From positions 1 through 40,993 of the IMG/VR virus record IMGVR_UViG_3300017965_000006: a DNA stretch of 40,993 bases, one strand, 5' to 3'. Shown piece after piece: positions 26,273-34,894 of the stretch. Both the position numbers and the translations under genes were made by a program. Below the pieces are notes generated by a model. The model was not told where the DNA came from and made no database searches. It saw only the letters and a list, made by a program, of their open reading frames with translations. The DNA comes from a virus. Lineage: Duplodnaviria; Caudoviricetes. The first letter of the stretch is position 1. Each line of letters starts with the position of its first letter.

Positions 26273-27855
26273 ATGCCCCCGATGGAAAACTGCCGGCGCT
26301 CATCGCGGCGTTGGCGATCATTCTCTTGCTTGATCCAGGCCCATGTCCCGGGCGCGGGCGCGGTCCGGCGGTCAGTGCCGCCTTTCCCTTTGATAATGAC
26401 CCCCAAGCCCATGCCAATGTGGGCGAACGCGTCCACGAAATCGTCGTTCATCCCCTGCGGAAACTTCAAAAGCTCCTGCTTCGCCCGCTCCAGCCAGTGA
26501 GCGGCGGCGGGGAAACGGACCATCCCCATGGCGGTACGGGCCTGAATTGACTGAGCCCGAGTCAGCTTATCTTGGTGAGGGGTGATTTCCCGAATGTTTA
26601 CGTAGATTTGCCGTTCCCGAGACCGGCGCCGCAAAAACGGCCCGATCGCCTGCGTGATGTGGCCCTTTTCCGCCCACCAAATGAGGGGGCGCCAGTTGTC
26701 TGCGGTCGTCAAAAGGGCCTCGACAACCTGCTCCGAATCCTTCTTTTCCCACCAGCAGTCGAGTATCCAAATCACACCGTCCGGATCCACGCCGACGATC
26801 AGGAATACCGTGAAGTCGTTGCGCTGCTTTATGCCCACCGCATGGTCGCTCGCGACATAGATCCGGAGCTTGGAGAGGGGGGGGCGATCCTCTGGCCGAT
26901 AGGTCAGCAGATGCTCAGCTTTGAAAAATACACCGTCGGCCGGCGTGGGCTCCTGCTGATAGAGGGCCGAAAAGCCAACCGGATCCTTGTTCCGCTCAGC
27001 CTCCAGATGCTCGACGCCGAAGCGGCTAGGCCAAAGGGCCTGCCCAGGGACGCGACCGAGGACGTCATCGTGTTCAGCAATCGCTTTGATGTCGATGATC
27101 TTCCAGCGGGCGGCCTCTTTTTCGTTGTAGTGAGGATTCGATTTGTCGGTGAGGCGGCCCACAAGGTCGTCTTCGTGCCAGCGGGTCTGAATAATGATGA
27201 TCGCAGCCTTGTCGGTCATCAGGCGACTGGAAATCGTCTTATTGAACCAATCCCACACCTCGTCCCGCGTCGTCTGGCTGCGAGCCTCGTTCGCATCCTT
27301 GATCGGGTCGTCAATAATGAGGAAGTCGCCGCCGCGGCCGGTTGCGGATCCGCCTCGACCGACGAACATGAGCTTACCGCCCAAGGTCGTTCCCAGGCGG
27401 TCGGTCGCCTTGCTGCCCTTCTTCAAGACGCATTTGGGAAAGACGGTCTTGAACTCAGCGCCGAGCATGATGGAGCGCACATCGCTGCCGAAATCATCAG
27501 CGAAGTCTTGATTGTAGGTGCCGAGCATGATGTGCCGGCGGGGATTGCGCCCCGACAGCCACGCGGGGAAGCAACGGCTGCTGAGCTCCGATTTCCCATG
27601 GCGAGGCGGAAAGGTGATAATCAGACGGGGACAGTTGCCCGCTTCAACTTCCTCGAGCGCGGCGGCCAGGGCGCGATGGAAGTACTGAGCATCGTACTGC
27701 GAGAGGGTGACGTCACCCGGGTCGACCGGATCGGGCATCGTGAATTCAGTGAAATCGATAAGGCCTTTCCGCGCCTTTTTGATTTTCAGCACTCGACGGG
27801 CCGCTTGAAGCTGGCGCGCGTCCTCGATCGAGGAGCCCGAGGTGATGGCGCTCAT
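26269..27855 (-). CDS. terL: Terminase large subunit
   Basis: Walker A PPRHGKS, Walker B LIIDDP, IIQTRWHEDDL, nuclease SDHA...DFT and DDFVDA; ATG at 27855 overlaps the upstream stop. Confidence 0.95.
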   Translation of the reverse strand: MSAITSGSSIEDARQLQAARRVLKIKKARKGLIDFTEFTMPDPVDPGDVTLSQYDAQYFHRALAAALEEVEAGNCPRLIITFPPRHGKSELSSRCFPAWLSGRNPRRHIMLGTYNQDFADDFGSDVRSIMLGAEFKTVFPKCVLKKGSKATDRLGTTLGGKLMFVGRGGSATGRGGDFLIIDDPIKDANEARSQTTRDEVWDWFNKTISSRLMTDKAAIIIIQTRWHEDDLVGRLTDKSNPHYNEKEAARWKIIDIKAIAEHDDVLGRVPGQALWPSRFGVEHLEAERNKDPVGFSALYQQEPTPADGVFFKAEHLLTYRPEDRPPLSKLRIYVASDHAVGIKQRNDFTVFLIVGVDPDGVIWILDCWWEKKDSEQVVEALLTTADNWRPLIWWAEKGHITQAIGPFLRRRSRERQIYVNIREITPHQDKLTRAQSIQARTAMGMVRFPAAAHWLERAKQELLKFPQGMNDDFVDAFAHIGMGLGVIIKGKGGTDRRTAPAPGTWAWIKQENDRQRRDERRQFSIGGM

Positions 27856-28220
27856 AGGAACCCGCCGTCCCGCAGATGGGAAATCAGGACCTGCACGGTA
27901 GCGGTTTCGGCGGTGACCGTATCCGTAACCAGGCATTCGGCGACGGCGGTTAGCTCCTCGCCGTTCAGGATGCCACTCAAATAGAAAGTCGTTGTCGCGC
28001 TGGTCGAACTGTTCGCCGCGCAACCATGCGTTCCCGTGGACGTCACCTCGGTAGTCCAAAGATACGAATAGGATCCGCTGCCCCCCGCTGCTATGGCGGT
28101 GGTGACTTCAGTCGTGAAAGTCGCGGTATTGCCCCCGGAATTCAGCGCTGGCGGGCTGGCGGTCACCGTGAACAGCGAACCAGCGGACGCCGACGGCATC
28201 ACGAGCATCGAGCCGCTCAT
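27852..28220 (-). CDS. Small beta-rich tail-fibre-associated protein
   Basis: TGATG coupling to the tail fibre; Thr/Ser-rich, GGSGSYSYLW and CLVTD Ig-like pattern. Confidence 0.65.
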   Translation of the reverse strand: MSGSMLVMPSASAGSLFTVTASPPALNSGGNTATFTTEVTTAIAAGGSGSYSYLWTTEVTSTGTHGCAANSSTSATTTFYLSGILNGEELTAVAECLVTDTVTAETATVQVLISHLRDGGFL

Positions 28221-29539
28221 CAGCTTATTCCCGCGCCAGAAATGAACCACAGATCGGCGCCCACCTTCAGGAGGGTGGCCATGCCGTTGGTGGCGAGCGT
28301 TCGAGTGCCTGTGCTCGTCGTTCCCGCGTGACGGAGCGTCACCCCGCCTGCAGGAGTAACCGATATCGGATTTGAGCCCCGATTGACGATGACGACCGCT
28401 GCTCCAACGTTGAACGCGACGGTCGCGTTGGCGGGGATTGTGAGCGTTTGGCCGGCGACATTCTCGCTGTAGATGTGTTTTCCGCGGTCGGACAGAACGA
28501 GGCTGTAGGCCGCACTCTGCACATTCTGGGGGACGTCGCGAAAGCCGATGTCAAGCCCGGCGAGCTGGGCGTTGACCGGGAAGTTCACTCCGGTCGATTG
28601 CGCATCGAGAACGCTTATCCCGCTCGCGATCATCCGCCATCGAGCAGAGCGCAAATAGCCGTCCAGCCAGGCCGTCGCCGTGTGGTCGAAGCAATCGAGC
28701 CAGCCAGCGGACGAGGCAAGCCTGAGCGCGATTCCGGGACCGGCCGCTGGAGTGCCGTCTCCGGTCGCGCGGACGGCGCCTGACACGTCGACCAGCGGGC
28801 CGGTGAAGGTTACCCGAACCGCCGTTCCGTCATAAATTTCGAGCGCATCGCTCGCAGCTGGCATCCGGAGCGTCCAGTTTACGCTTCCGGAGCCGCCCTT
28901 GATCTGCCAGCCCACGTTCCCCTGGGCCTTTGTGGCCCGCTCGATCTTTCCGAGGACTTCACCGCTGTCCTTCTTCCCCGCCAGCAGCTCCCCGGTAGCC
29001 GCGGTTCCAGCGGAGAGCCCACCCTGGGCCCGGATGTAGCTCGTAAGGTCGAGGAGGGTGATGGCCAACTTCGCAATGGTCACCGACGCATCGGCCAGCT
29101 TCGGAGTCGTAACCGAACCGTCTGCCGGCGTGGATCCGGCGCTGTCGAAAATGAGGGTCCATTTACCAGCCGCTAGGTCGGTGGCGAAGGTCCCTGAAGT
29201 GTGCGCCGTAGCGCAGGTAAAGGTGCCGGTTCCGTTCACCACCACATCGGTCTGAGCGTAGCTTGTGGCCGTCAGCCATGGCCCCCGCAATTCCCACCGC
29301 GAACTCGCGCCCAGCAGGAGCAAGAGCGATGCGCTCAACGTTTCGAGGCTGACGCTTCCGTTCCTAAGGCGCCCGTCATCGCGCTGGATAAGGGCCAAGT
29401 TGGCCAGAGTCGCCGCGATGGTGGCCAACAGCGCATCGAATTCGGCGTCCAGCGAAGTGCCGGGATGTGGAGTGCTCGGGTCCGCGGCCGAATGGTCAGT
29501 AAAATTCGCCTGCCGGACATAGGGGGGCGGCTGGCTCAT
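28220..29539 (-). CDS. Tail fibre protein 2
   Basis: N-terminal anchor shared with the upstream tailspike (LALIQRDDGRLRNGSV); DGSVTTPKLAD repeat; C-terminal YSLVLSDRGK...WFISG domain. Confidence 0.8.
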   Translation of the reverse strand: MSQPPPYVRQANFTDHSAADPSTPHPGTSLDAEFDALLATIAATLANLALIQRDDGRLRNGSVSLETLSASLLLLLGASSRWELRGPWLTATSYAQTDVVVNGTGTFTCATAHTSGTFATDLAAGKWTLIFDSAGSTPADGSVTTPKLADASVTIAKLAITLLDLTSYIRAQGGLSAGTAATGELLAGKKDSGEVLGKIERATKAQGNVGWQIKGGSGSVNWTLRMPAASDALEIYDGTAVRVTFTGPLVDVSGAVRATGDGTPAAGPGIALRLASSAGWLDCFDHTATAWLDGYLRSARWRMIASGISVLDAQSTGVNFPVNAQLAGLDIGFRDVPQNVQSAAYSLVLSDRGKHIYSENVAGQTLTIPANATVAFNVGAAVVIVNRGSNPISVTPAGGVTLRHAGTTSTGTRTLATNGMATLLKVGADLWFISGAGIS

Positions 29540-31926
29540 ACGTCGATTGCCCCGAAAGCCTTCCACGTCCCCGGCGTGCCCGCCGCCGTGCAGACCCAGC
29601 CCACCTTGCCCCCCGCCGTCGGTGCGATATCGTAGATGATCTCTCCTCGGGCGTGGTAATCAGCCACCGGCGCGGCCGAGCCGTAATCGATCGCCCGGGC
29701 GCTGCTTCCAGACCCGAGGAACATGCGCGGCACGTTCACCACTCCCGGCTGCGCCGTCGAGCGACCGCCGGTGAACGTCGTCAGCGGCCCGGTCATGGTC
29801 AGATAATTGGACGCCTGCCCGTCGAGCAGGAAATAGGTGTCGCGGCCGCCGCCCATGATGAACGAATTCGGGTGAAGAGAAACGTGGGCGACCAGCATCA
29901 GCCTGCCGAGGGCCAGGTCCGATCCGAAGAAGGCGCGGAGCGGGTTGCCGTCATGATAGGGCTGGGAGGCGAAGAAGCCCGCCGGGTTGGAGAGCGACCC
30001 CTGCTCAGCCTTGTTCCGGAGGCAAGTGCTCCACGGGCTGACCGAGGATTGCCCGCCGACCCAGACGGCGGGCGTGCGGATCTGCGCCGGGGGCTGGCCG
30101 AGCTCTTCATAGCAGCCTAGCCACACCGTCTCGCCGGCCAGGCTGACACAGCAATAGCTACCCCCCTCCTTCCAACTCATCCCCGTGACCCAGAGGGGTA
30201 TCCCAGTCGTCGCGCCGGCCCACTCGAACGGGACCCAGACGGACGAGTCGGTGCCCGGAACCGTCGTTGAAGCCGCCGTCGCCTGCTCCAGGGCGACGTG
30301 ATAGCGGCGCGTCAGGGTGGTCCCGGCATAAGACCATTTGTAGCCGTCCGCCTCGGTCACTCCGGCCTCGGTCGTATGCGTCGGCGCGTTGGCGGTATTG
30401 CCGCCCCCGGCGATCAGGAGCCGATAGAGCTTGCCGGCGTTGGACCGGAAGGTCCCCTCGGCCGAGATCGCGACCGCGACCCCGCTCGCCCATGCCGTCA
30501 CCGGATAATAGCAGGCCGAAGACGTGGCGCCGACCTTGTGGCTAGGAAAGACGAGGCTGAGCCCGTTGCCTTCGGAATGGTGGCCAATGTGGGTATTGCC
30601 GAGAAAGGCGTTGTCCTTCAGCCCGAAGCCGCCGTTATAGGTGAAGCTGCAGCCGATGGTGACGATGCAATTGGCATCGCCCCTCAGCAGATGGGCGCCA
30701 TGCTCACCATTGCCGCCGGCCTGGCAGTACAGGATCCGCGACGAGTTCGCGTTGTTGTTCGCGGCTCCGAACCCGGTCTCGCTCTCGATCCGGAAGCCGT
30801 CGCCGGGAAACCTCACCGCCGAGCAGCGGATGAACTCGCCGCGGGTGACGGCGTGGAAGCCGTGATGGCCGGTGCCGATCGCCGCCCGGCTCGAGGCGTA
30901 GATATTCTCGATCCGGAACCCGGCGGCGCCGGTGGTCGCCGGGCTGACGACTCCGTCATGATCAGTGCCGGGCCCGTGGAGCTCGAAGCCGCCTTCGTCG
31001 AAATCGAACTCGGTCGCATAGCCGTGCTGGAGCGCGTTGGACTGTCCCTCCAGCCAGAGCGCGCATTTGACGACCCACGACCGGGCGAAGCGGAAGCTGC
31101 CGACGGGCGCCGTGACCTTGATCGACGGCGTGCCTATCCCTTCCGTGACCGGGCTGTTGGCCACGAGATAGGCGAGAAGCTCGTCGACCGCATCGCTGTT
31201 CGCTTCGGCGATGGCATCGCTGTCGCCGGTCGATACTCCGACAGTGGTGATATCAATTACTCGGTCCGTTTCGAGCCTGAAACCGCGCCCATCCGCCGCG
31301 AGGAACGAAGTTCGGGGGTGGCCGGCCACATAGTCGGAATCGACCGAGGCGTGCTCGACATAATAAGCTGCGCCGCGGCCGATGGACGCATATCCCGAGG
31401 TCCGCACCCGGGTCACGATTACCGGGATTTCCCAGCCAGAGGCGTCGGTGAACAGCTTTCCGCCCAGGCCGGCGAGGTCGGCAATAGCCGAATCCGCCGC
31501 GTCGAGCCGGTCCGTCACCCCGCCGATGCCGAAGCCCTCGAAGATGAGGATAAGCTTGTTCGCCTCGACGTCATCTTCGAGATCGCCGGACGTGTGGACC
31601 AGCGCCACCATATACACGTCGTCGCCGTCGATCGCGAATTCGCCGGGCTCATAGGCTGTGCCCGTAGCCCAGGTCGAGACACGGGCTCCCACCGCCGCCA
31701 AGGCGGCCAGTGCAGAGCTTCCCAGCGTTTCAAGGCCAACGGATCCATTGCGCAACCGTCCGTCGTCGCGTTGGATCAGCGCCAAATTCGTGAGCATTTC
31801 GCGGGCCGTCTGCTCGAGCGCGTCCAGTTCAGCGTCGATATGGGCGCCAGGGGGCGGGAGAAGGGGCTGGCCCTCCTGAAAGTCGGTGAAGCTGAAACTC
31901 CGCGTGTAGGGAGTCGGCTGGCCCAC
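29536..31926 (-). CDS. Tailspike with beta-helix (depolymerase-like) domain
   Basis: Anchor domain, WATGTAY module, GDGF/NGEHG/NGGFG beta-helix rungs, C-terminal GWVCTAAGTPGTW. Confidence 0.8.
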   Translation of the reverse strand: MGQPTPYTRSFSFTDFQEGQPLLPPPGAHIDAELDALEQTAREMLTNLALIQRDDGRLRNGSVGLETLGSSALAALAAVGARVSTWATGTAYEPGEFAIDGDDVYMVALVHTSGDLEDDVEANKLILIFEGFGIGGVTDRLDAADSAIADLAGLGGKLFTDASGWEIPVIVTRVRTSGYASIGRGAAYYVEHASVDSDYVAGHPRTSFLAADGRGFRLETDRVIDITTVGVSTGDSDAIAEANSDAVDELLAYLVANSPVTEGIGTPSIKVTAPVGSFRFARSWVVKCALWLEGQSNALQHGYATEFDFDEGGFELHGPGTDHDGVVSPATTGAAGFRIENIYASSRAAIGTGHHGFHAVTRGEFIRCSAVRFPGDGFRIESETGFGAANNNANSSRILYCQAGGNGEHGAHLLRGDANCIVTIGCSFTYNGGFGLKDNAFLGNTHIGHHSEGNGLSLVFPSHKVGATSSACYYPVTAWASGVAVAISAEGTFRSNAGKLYRLLIAGGGNTANAPTHTTEAGVTEADGYKWSYAGTTLTRRYHVALEQATAASTTVPGTDSSVWVPFEWAGATTGIPLWVTGMSWKEGGSYCCVSLAGETVWLGCYEELGQPPAQIRTPAVWVGGQSSVSPWSTCLRNKAEQGSLSNPAGFFASQPYHDGNPLRAFFGSDLALGRLMLVAHVSLHPNSFIMGGGRDTYFLLDGQASNYLTMTGPLTTFTGGRSTAQPGVVNVPRMFLGSGSSARAIDYGSAAPVADYHARGEIIYDIAPTAGGKVGWVCTAAGTPGTWKAFGAIDV

Positions 31927-31929
31927 GGT

Positions 31930-32181
31930 TCAGTAGCCGAGGATGACGCCGGTAGCCGTCGCCGCCGTGATGACCTTGAAGCAAACGGGGTGCCAGATGC
32001 CCGCGACGTAGTAATGCTCGACGGCATCCGTGTCGTCCACGCCGATGCCGGTCACGGTCCCGGCGACCGCCACTTGGAGGGCTCGCGGGTAGACCCCTTG
32101 GATGGCCTGCGACTGGGTGCCCACGGAAAGCGCCCGGAACCGGGTGAGCCCAGAAACTCTCTCGTGCGTGTCTGCCGCCAT
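31930..32181 (-). CDS. Head-spike base protein (RcGTA Rcc01079-like)
   Basis: 83 aa; RALQVAVAGTV...AGIWHPV...ATATGVI matches the recalled family pattern RALxVxxAGxL...AGxxxP...TTATGI. Confidence 0.65.
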   Translation of the reverse strand: MAADTHERVSGLTRFRALSVGTQSQAIQGVYPRALQVAVAGTVTGIGVDDTDAVEHYYVAGIWHPVCFKVITAATATGVILGY

Positions 32182-32227
32182 CTGCGTCTAGCCCCCGCCT
32201 GCCATATCCCGGCGCGAGGTATAGCAT

Positions 32228-32248
32228 TGCTGATTTAGAAAATCAGCA
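32228..32248. promoter_or_regulatory. Palindromic operator TGCTGAT-N7-ATCAGCA
   Basis: Perfect inverted half-sites, with an extra ATCTACA half-site 10 bp further on (32252-32258). Confidence 0.6.
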
Positions 32249-32274
32249 CAAATCTACAGCGTCAGCGAGCCGCG

Positions 32275-32712
32275 TCAGGAGAGGATCTTCCGGAATGACC
32301 AAGCGCCGATTACGCAGCCGTCCTCGTCGCCGCAGAAAAACTGCGGGCGGCCAGTGGATGCCGCGGTCACTTCATCTGCATAGACCCCCGGCACCATCCG
32401 TAGCTCTAAGGCAGTGGTGTTGCCGATTGCCGGGCCATTCCCAAGGCTCAGGCCGCCGCCGACCGAGACCAGTTCCCATTCGATGCGATAGGTCGCGCCA
32501 GCCTCGGCCGTGGGGGCGGCTACATTGGTGATGGTGCCGCTCGAGAATGCTGTCAGGGTGTTGGCGCCCGCGTTCTCGGTCCAGCCGCTGCCTGTCCAGT
32601 TGCCACCGCCGGCCGAAGTGCTGATGTCGGGACCGTAGGTGGGGCCGCCGCCGCCGCTCGGGGCCGCAATGACCGATGATTGCCCGATACCGATACCGAC
32701 TCCGACGAGCAT
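32275..32712 (-). CDS. Head-spike fibre protein (Rcc01080-like N-terminal peptide plus beta-sandwich)
   Basis: Starts MLVGVGIGIG, then a Gly/Pro linker and a Trp-containing beta domain; adjacent to the spike-base gene. Confidence 0.6.
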   Translation of the reverse strand: MLVGVGIGIGQSSVIAAPSGGGGPTYGPDISTSAGGGNWTGSGWTENAGANTLTAFSSGTITNVAAPTAEAGATYRIEWELVSVGGGLSLGNGPAIGNTTALELRMVPGVYADEVTAASTGRPQFFCGDEDGCVIGAWSFRKILS

Positions 32713-32784
32713 GCCACCCACTCCGCCTTTGATCGGGCTCATTGTAGCATCGTTGACCGATGCTGACCATTGTTGATCTAAAGG

Positions 32785-33150
32785 CGGCCGGGGTGTAGGC
32801 TCCTGGTGCTGCGGCTTCTTGGAGCGCCGTAAGGCGGTCGGCCCGCAAGGGCAACGATAAGCGGGATAAGGATTGGCGTAGCCGGTCGAGCTCCCGTCGC
32901 AGCGTCGGCGTCCGTGTTTGTCCGAGCGGACCCTGGCCGAGTGACCCGAGTTGCGGGTCTGGGCCGGCGGCATCCCGAAGCCGTCATCGGTCTCCATTTT
33001 TCGGCAATTACCGAAAAATTCGGCAATTCAGACGCGCACCGGAAAGCGGTGACAACCTGGTCGCAAAACTTTCGCTTTCCGAAGGGACCTGCATGATACA
33101 GGTGCCTAGGAATTCCAAGGGACTTGTCCCGACGAAATTCGTCGCAACCA
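32785..33150 (+). ncRNA. Candidate structured ncRNA between head-spike genes and terS
   Basis: Nested stems 32785-94/32930-39, 32808-15/32896-903, 32821-25/32890-94; GTAA and GCAA tetraloops; G-U pairs favour the + strand. Confidence 0.5.
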
Positions 33151-33446
33151 AGTCGACGATGGCCAAGATGGGGGAACGGACCTCTGCCCGGCAAAATGTG
33201 TGCAGACGGCCAATATAAAAAATCGGTGATCGTCGCGGCACCCCCGCCGGGGGTAGGCCCCCTCCCGACCATCGGCCACCCCCTCGAAGGCCCTCGACCA
33301 GACTAGCCCACTGTGACTGCTACACACTGGCCGACGAGCCCATCCTTCGCAGTTTTCAGCCATTCTTCATCGGCCACGGTGGCGGTAGTGCGCAGGATCG
33401 GCGCACAACAGGGCCTAGAGCCTACCTACAGAGGCTGTACCTCTGG

Positions 33447-33986
33447 CTAGGACTCTTCCCTTTGTGTCCCTCTCCCTCTCCCTGTCTCTAGCGACAGAGC
33501 CGGGACAGCATCGGCAGTCCCATTGGCATTCCCGACGTCATCCCGTTGGGAGTCCGCAAGACGGACAGTCGGGCTCGCTCCGGTGCGAGCGGCCCGCTCC
33601 TCGACCTTGGCCACGAAACGCTCCAGCTCGTCTTCGGTCATTTCAGCTATGGGCTTGTCTGCAATGGCATCTTCCTGAGCGTCGAGCCCAGCGAGCCCGG
33701 CTACCCAGCGAGCAGCCTGGAAGCGTACCGAGGCTGGTTTGTCCTCCCCCATGAGCTCGATCATCGTCTTCACCGCCAGTCCGGCGCCCTCCAATCGGAG
33801 GATCCTGCGACGACGTTCTAGCAGAGCATTTTGGACCGCGTTGCTGCTGACAGCCTGATACGCGCCACTCGCATGGGCATAACCGGCAATCCGTCCGGCT
33901 TCGGGAATGCTCTTGCCCTGTAATAGGGCTTCCACAATTCCCTCCTGCCTGTCGGTCAGTGTTCCCACCTTACCTATTGCCGTCAT
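33447..33986 (-). CDS. Terminase small subunit-like HTH protein
   Basis: LTDRQEGIVEAL...EAGRIAGYA pattern typical of TerS N-termini; heads the late operon; AGGAGG RBS. Confidence 0.65.
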   Translation of the reverse strand: MTAIGKVGTLTDRQEGIVEALLQGKSIPEAGRIAGYAHASGAYQAVSSNAVQNALLERRRRILRLEGAGLAVKTMIELMGEDKPASVRFQAARWVAGLAGLDAQEDAIADKPIAEMTEDELERFVAKVEERAARTGASPTVRLADSQRDDVGNANGTADAVPALSLETGRGRGTQREES

Positions 33987-34023
33987 CGCCCTGCTGCCTC
34001 CTGTAGGTGTGCCCCGCTAAAAG

Positions 34024-34104
34024 TGTTGACTTTTGTTGATTGCGAGCGCATCTGTCCCCGCCTTGTCGATTTCTGCTTACCACAGGAACCGACAAAAGCC
34101 GACA
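34024..34104. promoter_or_regulatory. Array of TGYHGAY-like half-sites in the divergent terS/regulator spacer
   Basis: TGTTGAC 34024, TGTTGAT 34034, TGTCGAT 34064, TGCTTAC 34074, N7, then inverted ACCGACA 34088 and GCCGACA 34098. Confidence 0.6.
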
Positions 34105-34124
34105 CTTCTCAGGGGATAGCTGCC

Positions 34125-34826
34125 ATGAAACACTTTTCGCCCGCCGAGCTGGAAGCCGCTGAGGCGCGCAAGATGGCCCTTTGGAATGCGGGCAAGTCCA
34201 ACCGCGAGATAGCCCGCTTGCTGGGTCTCGACCCTTCCACCATCAGCCGTTGGAGGTCCAAGCGCGGCCTTCCCTCCCGCACTGGTCGCGGTGTCCCTCA
34301 CCCTCCCGAGATACGGGCCAAGGTTGAGGCTCTACTGCTTACCGGCAAAGCCACGCGGCAGGTAGCTGAAGCTCTGGGGCTGACGAAAAGCTATGTCAGT
34401 GACGTCCGGAAAAAGATGGCCCCCGATGATCGGCTTCTTCCCCATGGCGGCCAGCGCGGCTGTAGGATGGCGAAAGACAATCCCCTGTCGCCGTTCACGG
34501 ACGCCCTCTACGCTCGGATAGCTGCAGCCGTCCCCTATGGCATTCCCGCCGATCTTCGCGATGACATTATCAGCGAGGTCTATGTAGCGATCCTCGAAGG
34601 GGAGCTTGCCGAAGCCGACATCGAGCGGACCATGAGCAAGTCCATCGGCAAGGGCTATTCGCGCCACGCCAGCATGTTCGGGCCGCTGAGCCTCGATCAA
34701 CAGCGCGGGTCCGATGACGATGGTTTCACGCTCATGCAGTTCGTGGCCGATCCGCGAACCGACTTTGAATTCGACCTGGCACTCCATCGCGGCCTTGAGG
34801 CCCGCCGCGCCGCTCTCTCCGCGTGA
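34125..34826 (+). CDS. Tandem-HTH regulator with sigma-factor-like C-terminus
   Basis: GKSNREIARLLGLDPSTISRW and GKATRQVAEALGLTKSYVSDV HTHs; DDIISEVYVAILE and LSLDQQRGSDDDGFTLMQFVAD resemble sigma region 2 and region 3.2. Confidence 0.75.
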   Translation: MKHFSPAELEAAEARKMALWNAGKSNREIARLLGLDPSTISRWRSKRGLPSRTGRGVPHPPEIRAKVEALLLTGKATRQVAEALGLTKSYVSDVRKKMAPDDRLLPHGGQRGCRMAKDNPLSPFTDALYARIAAAVPYGIPADLRDDIISEVYVAILEGELAEADIERTMSKSIGKGYSRHASMFGPLSLDQQRGSDDDGFTLMQFVADPRTDFEFDLALHRGLEARRAALSA

Positions 34827-34894
34827 TGCGACCTGGGGCGCGGGGTTCTGCTCTCCGCGCTCCTAGCCGCACCAAGCGGGACAGGAGAGTTCAC
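34827..34894 (+). repeat. Intergenic hairpin element E4
   Basis: GGGGCGCGGGG (34835-45)/CTCCGCGCTCC (34853-63); flanks ACCT/TAGC; then CCGC-N5-GCGG and CAGGAG. Confidence 0.8.

Noticed and set aside
26269-27855. Intein or intron in terminase
   Set aside because: 528 aa with normally spaced ATPase and nuclease motifs; no insertion evident.
28220-31926. Diversity-generating retroelement acting on the tail fibres
   Set aside because: No reverse transcriptase ORF and no TR/VR pair differing at adenines; the only duplication is the N-terminal anchor.
32821-32903. Hammerhead or twister ribozyme, or cobalamin riboswitch
   Set aside because: The required cores (CUGANGA/GAAA, twister pseudoknot strands, B12 box) are not present; kept only as an unclassified structured RNA.
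32713-32997. N-terminal extension of the 240-aa ORF 32275..32997
   Set aside because: The extension is low-complexity and crosses operator repeats and the structured region; ATG 32712 has an RBS and gives the GxGxG docking peptide.
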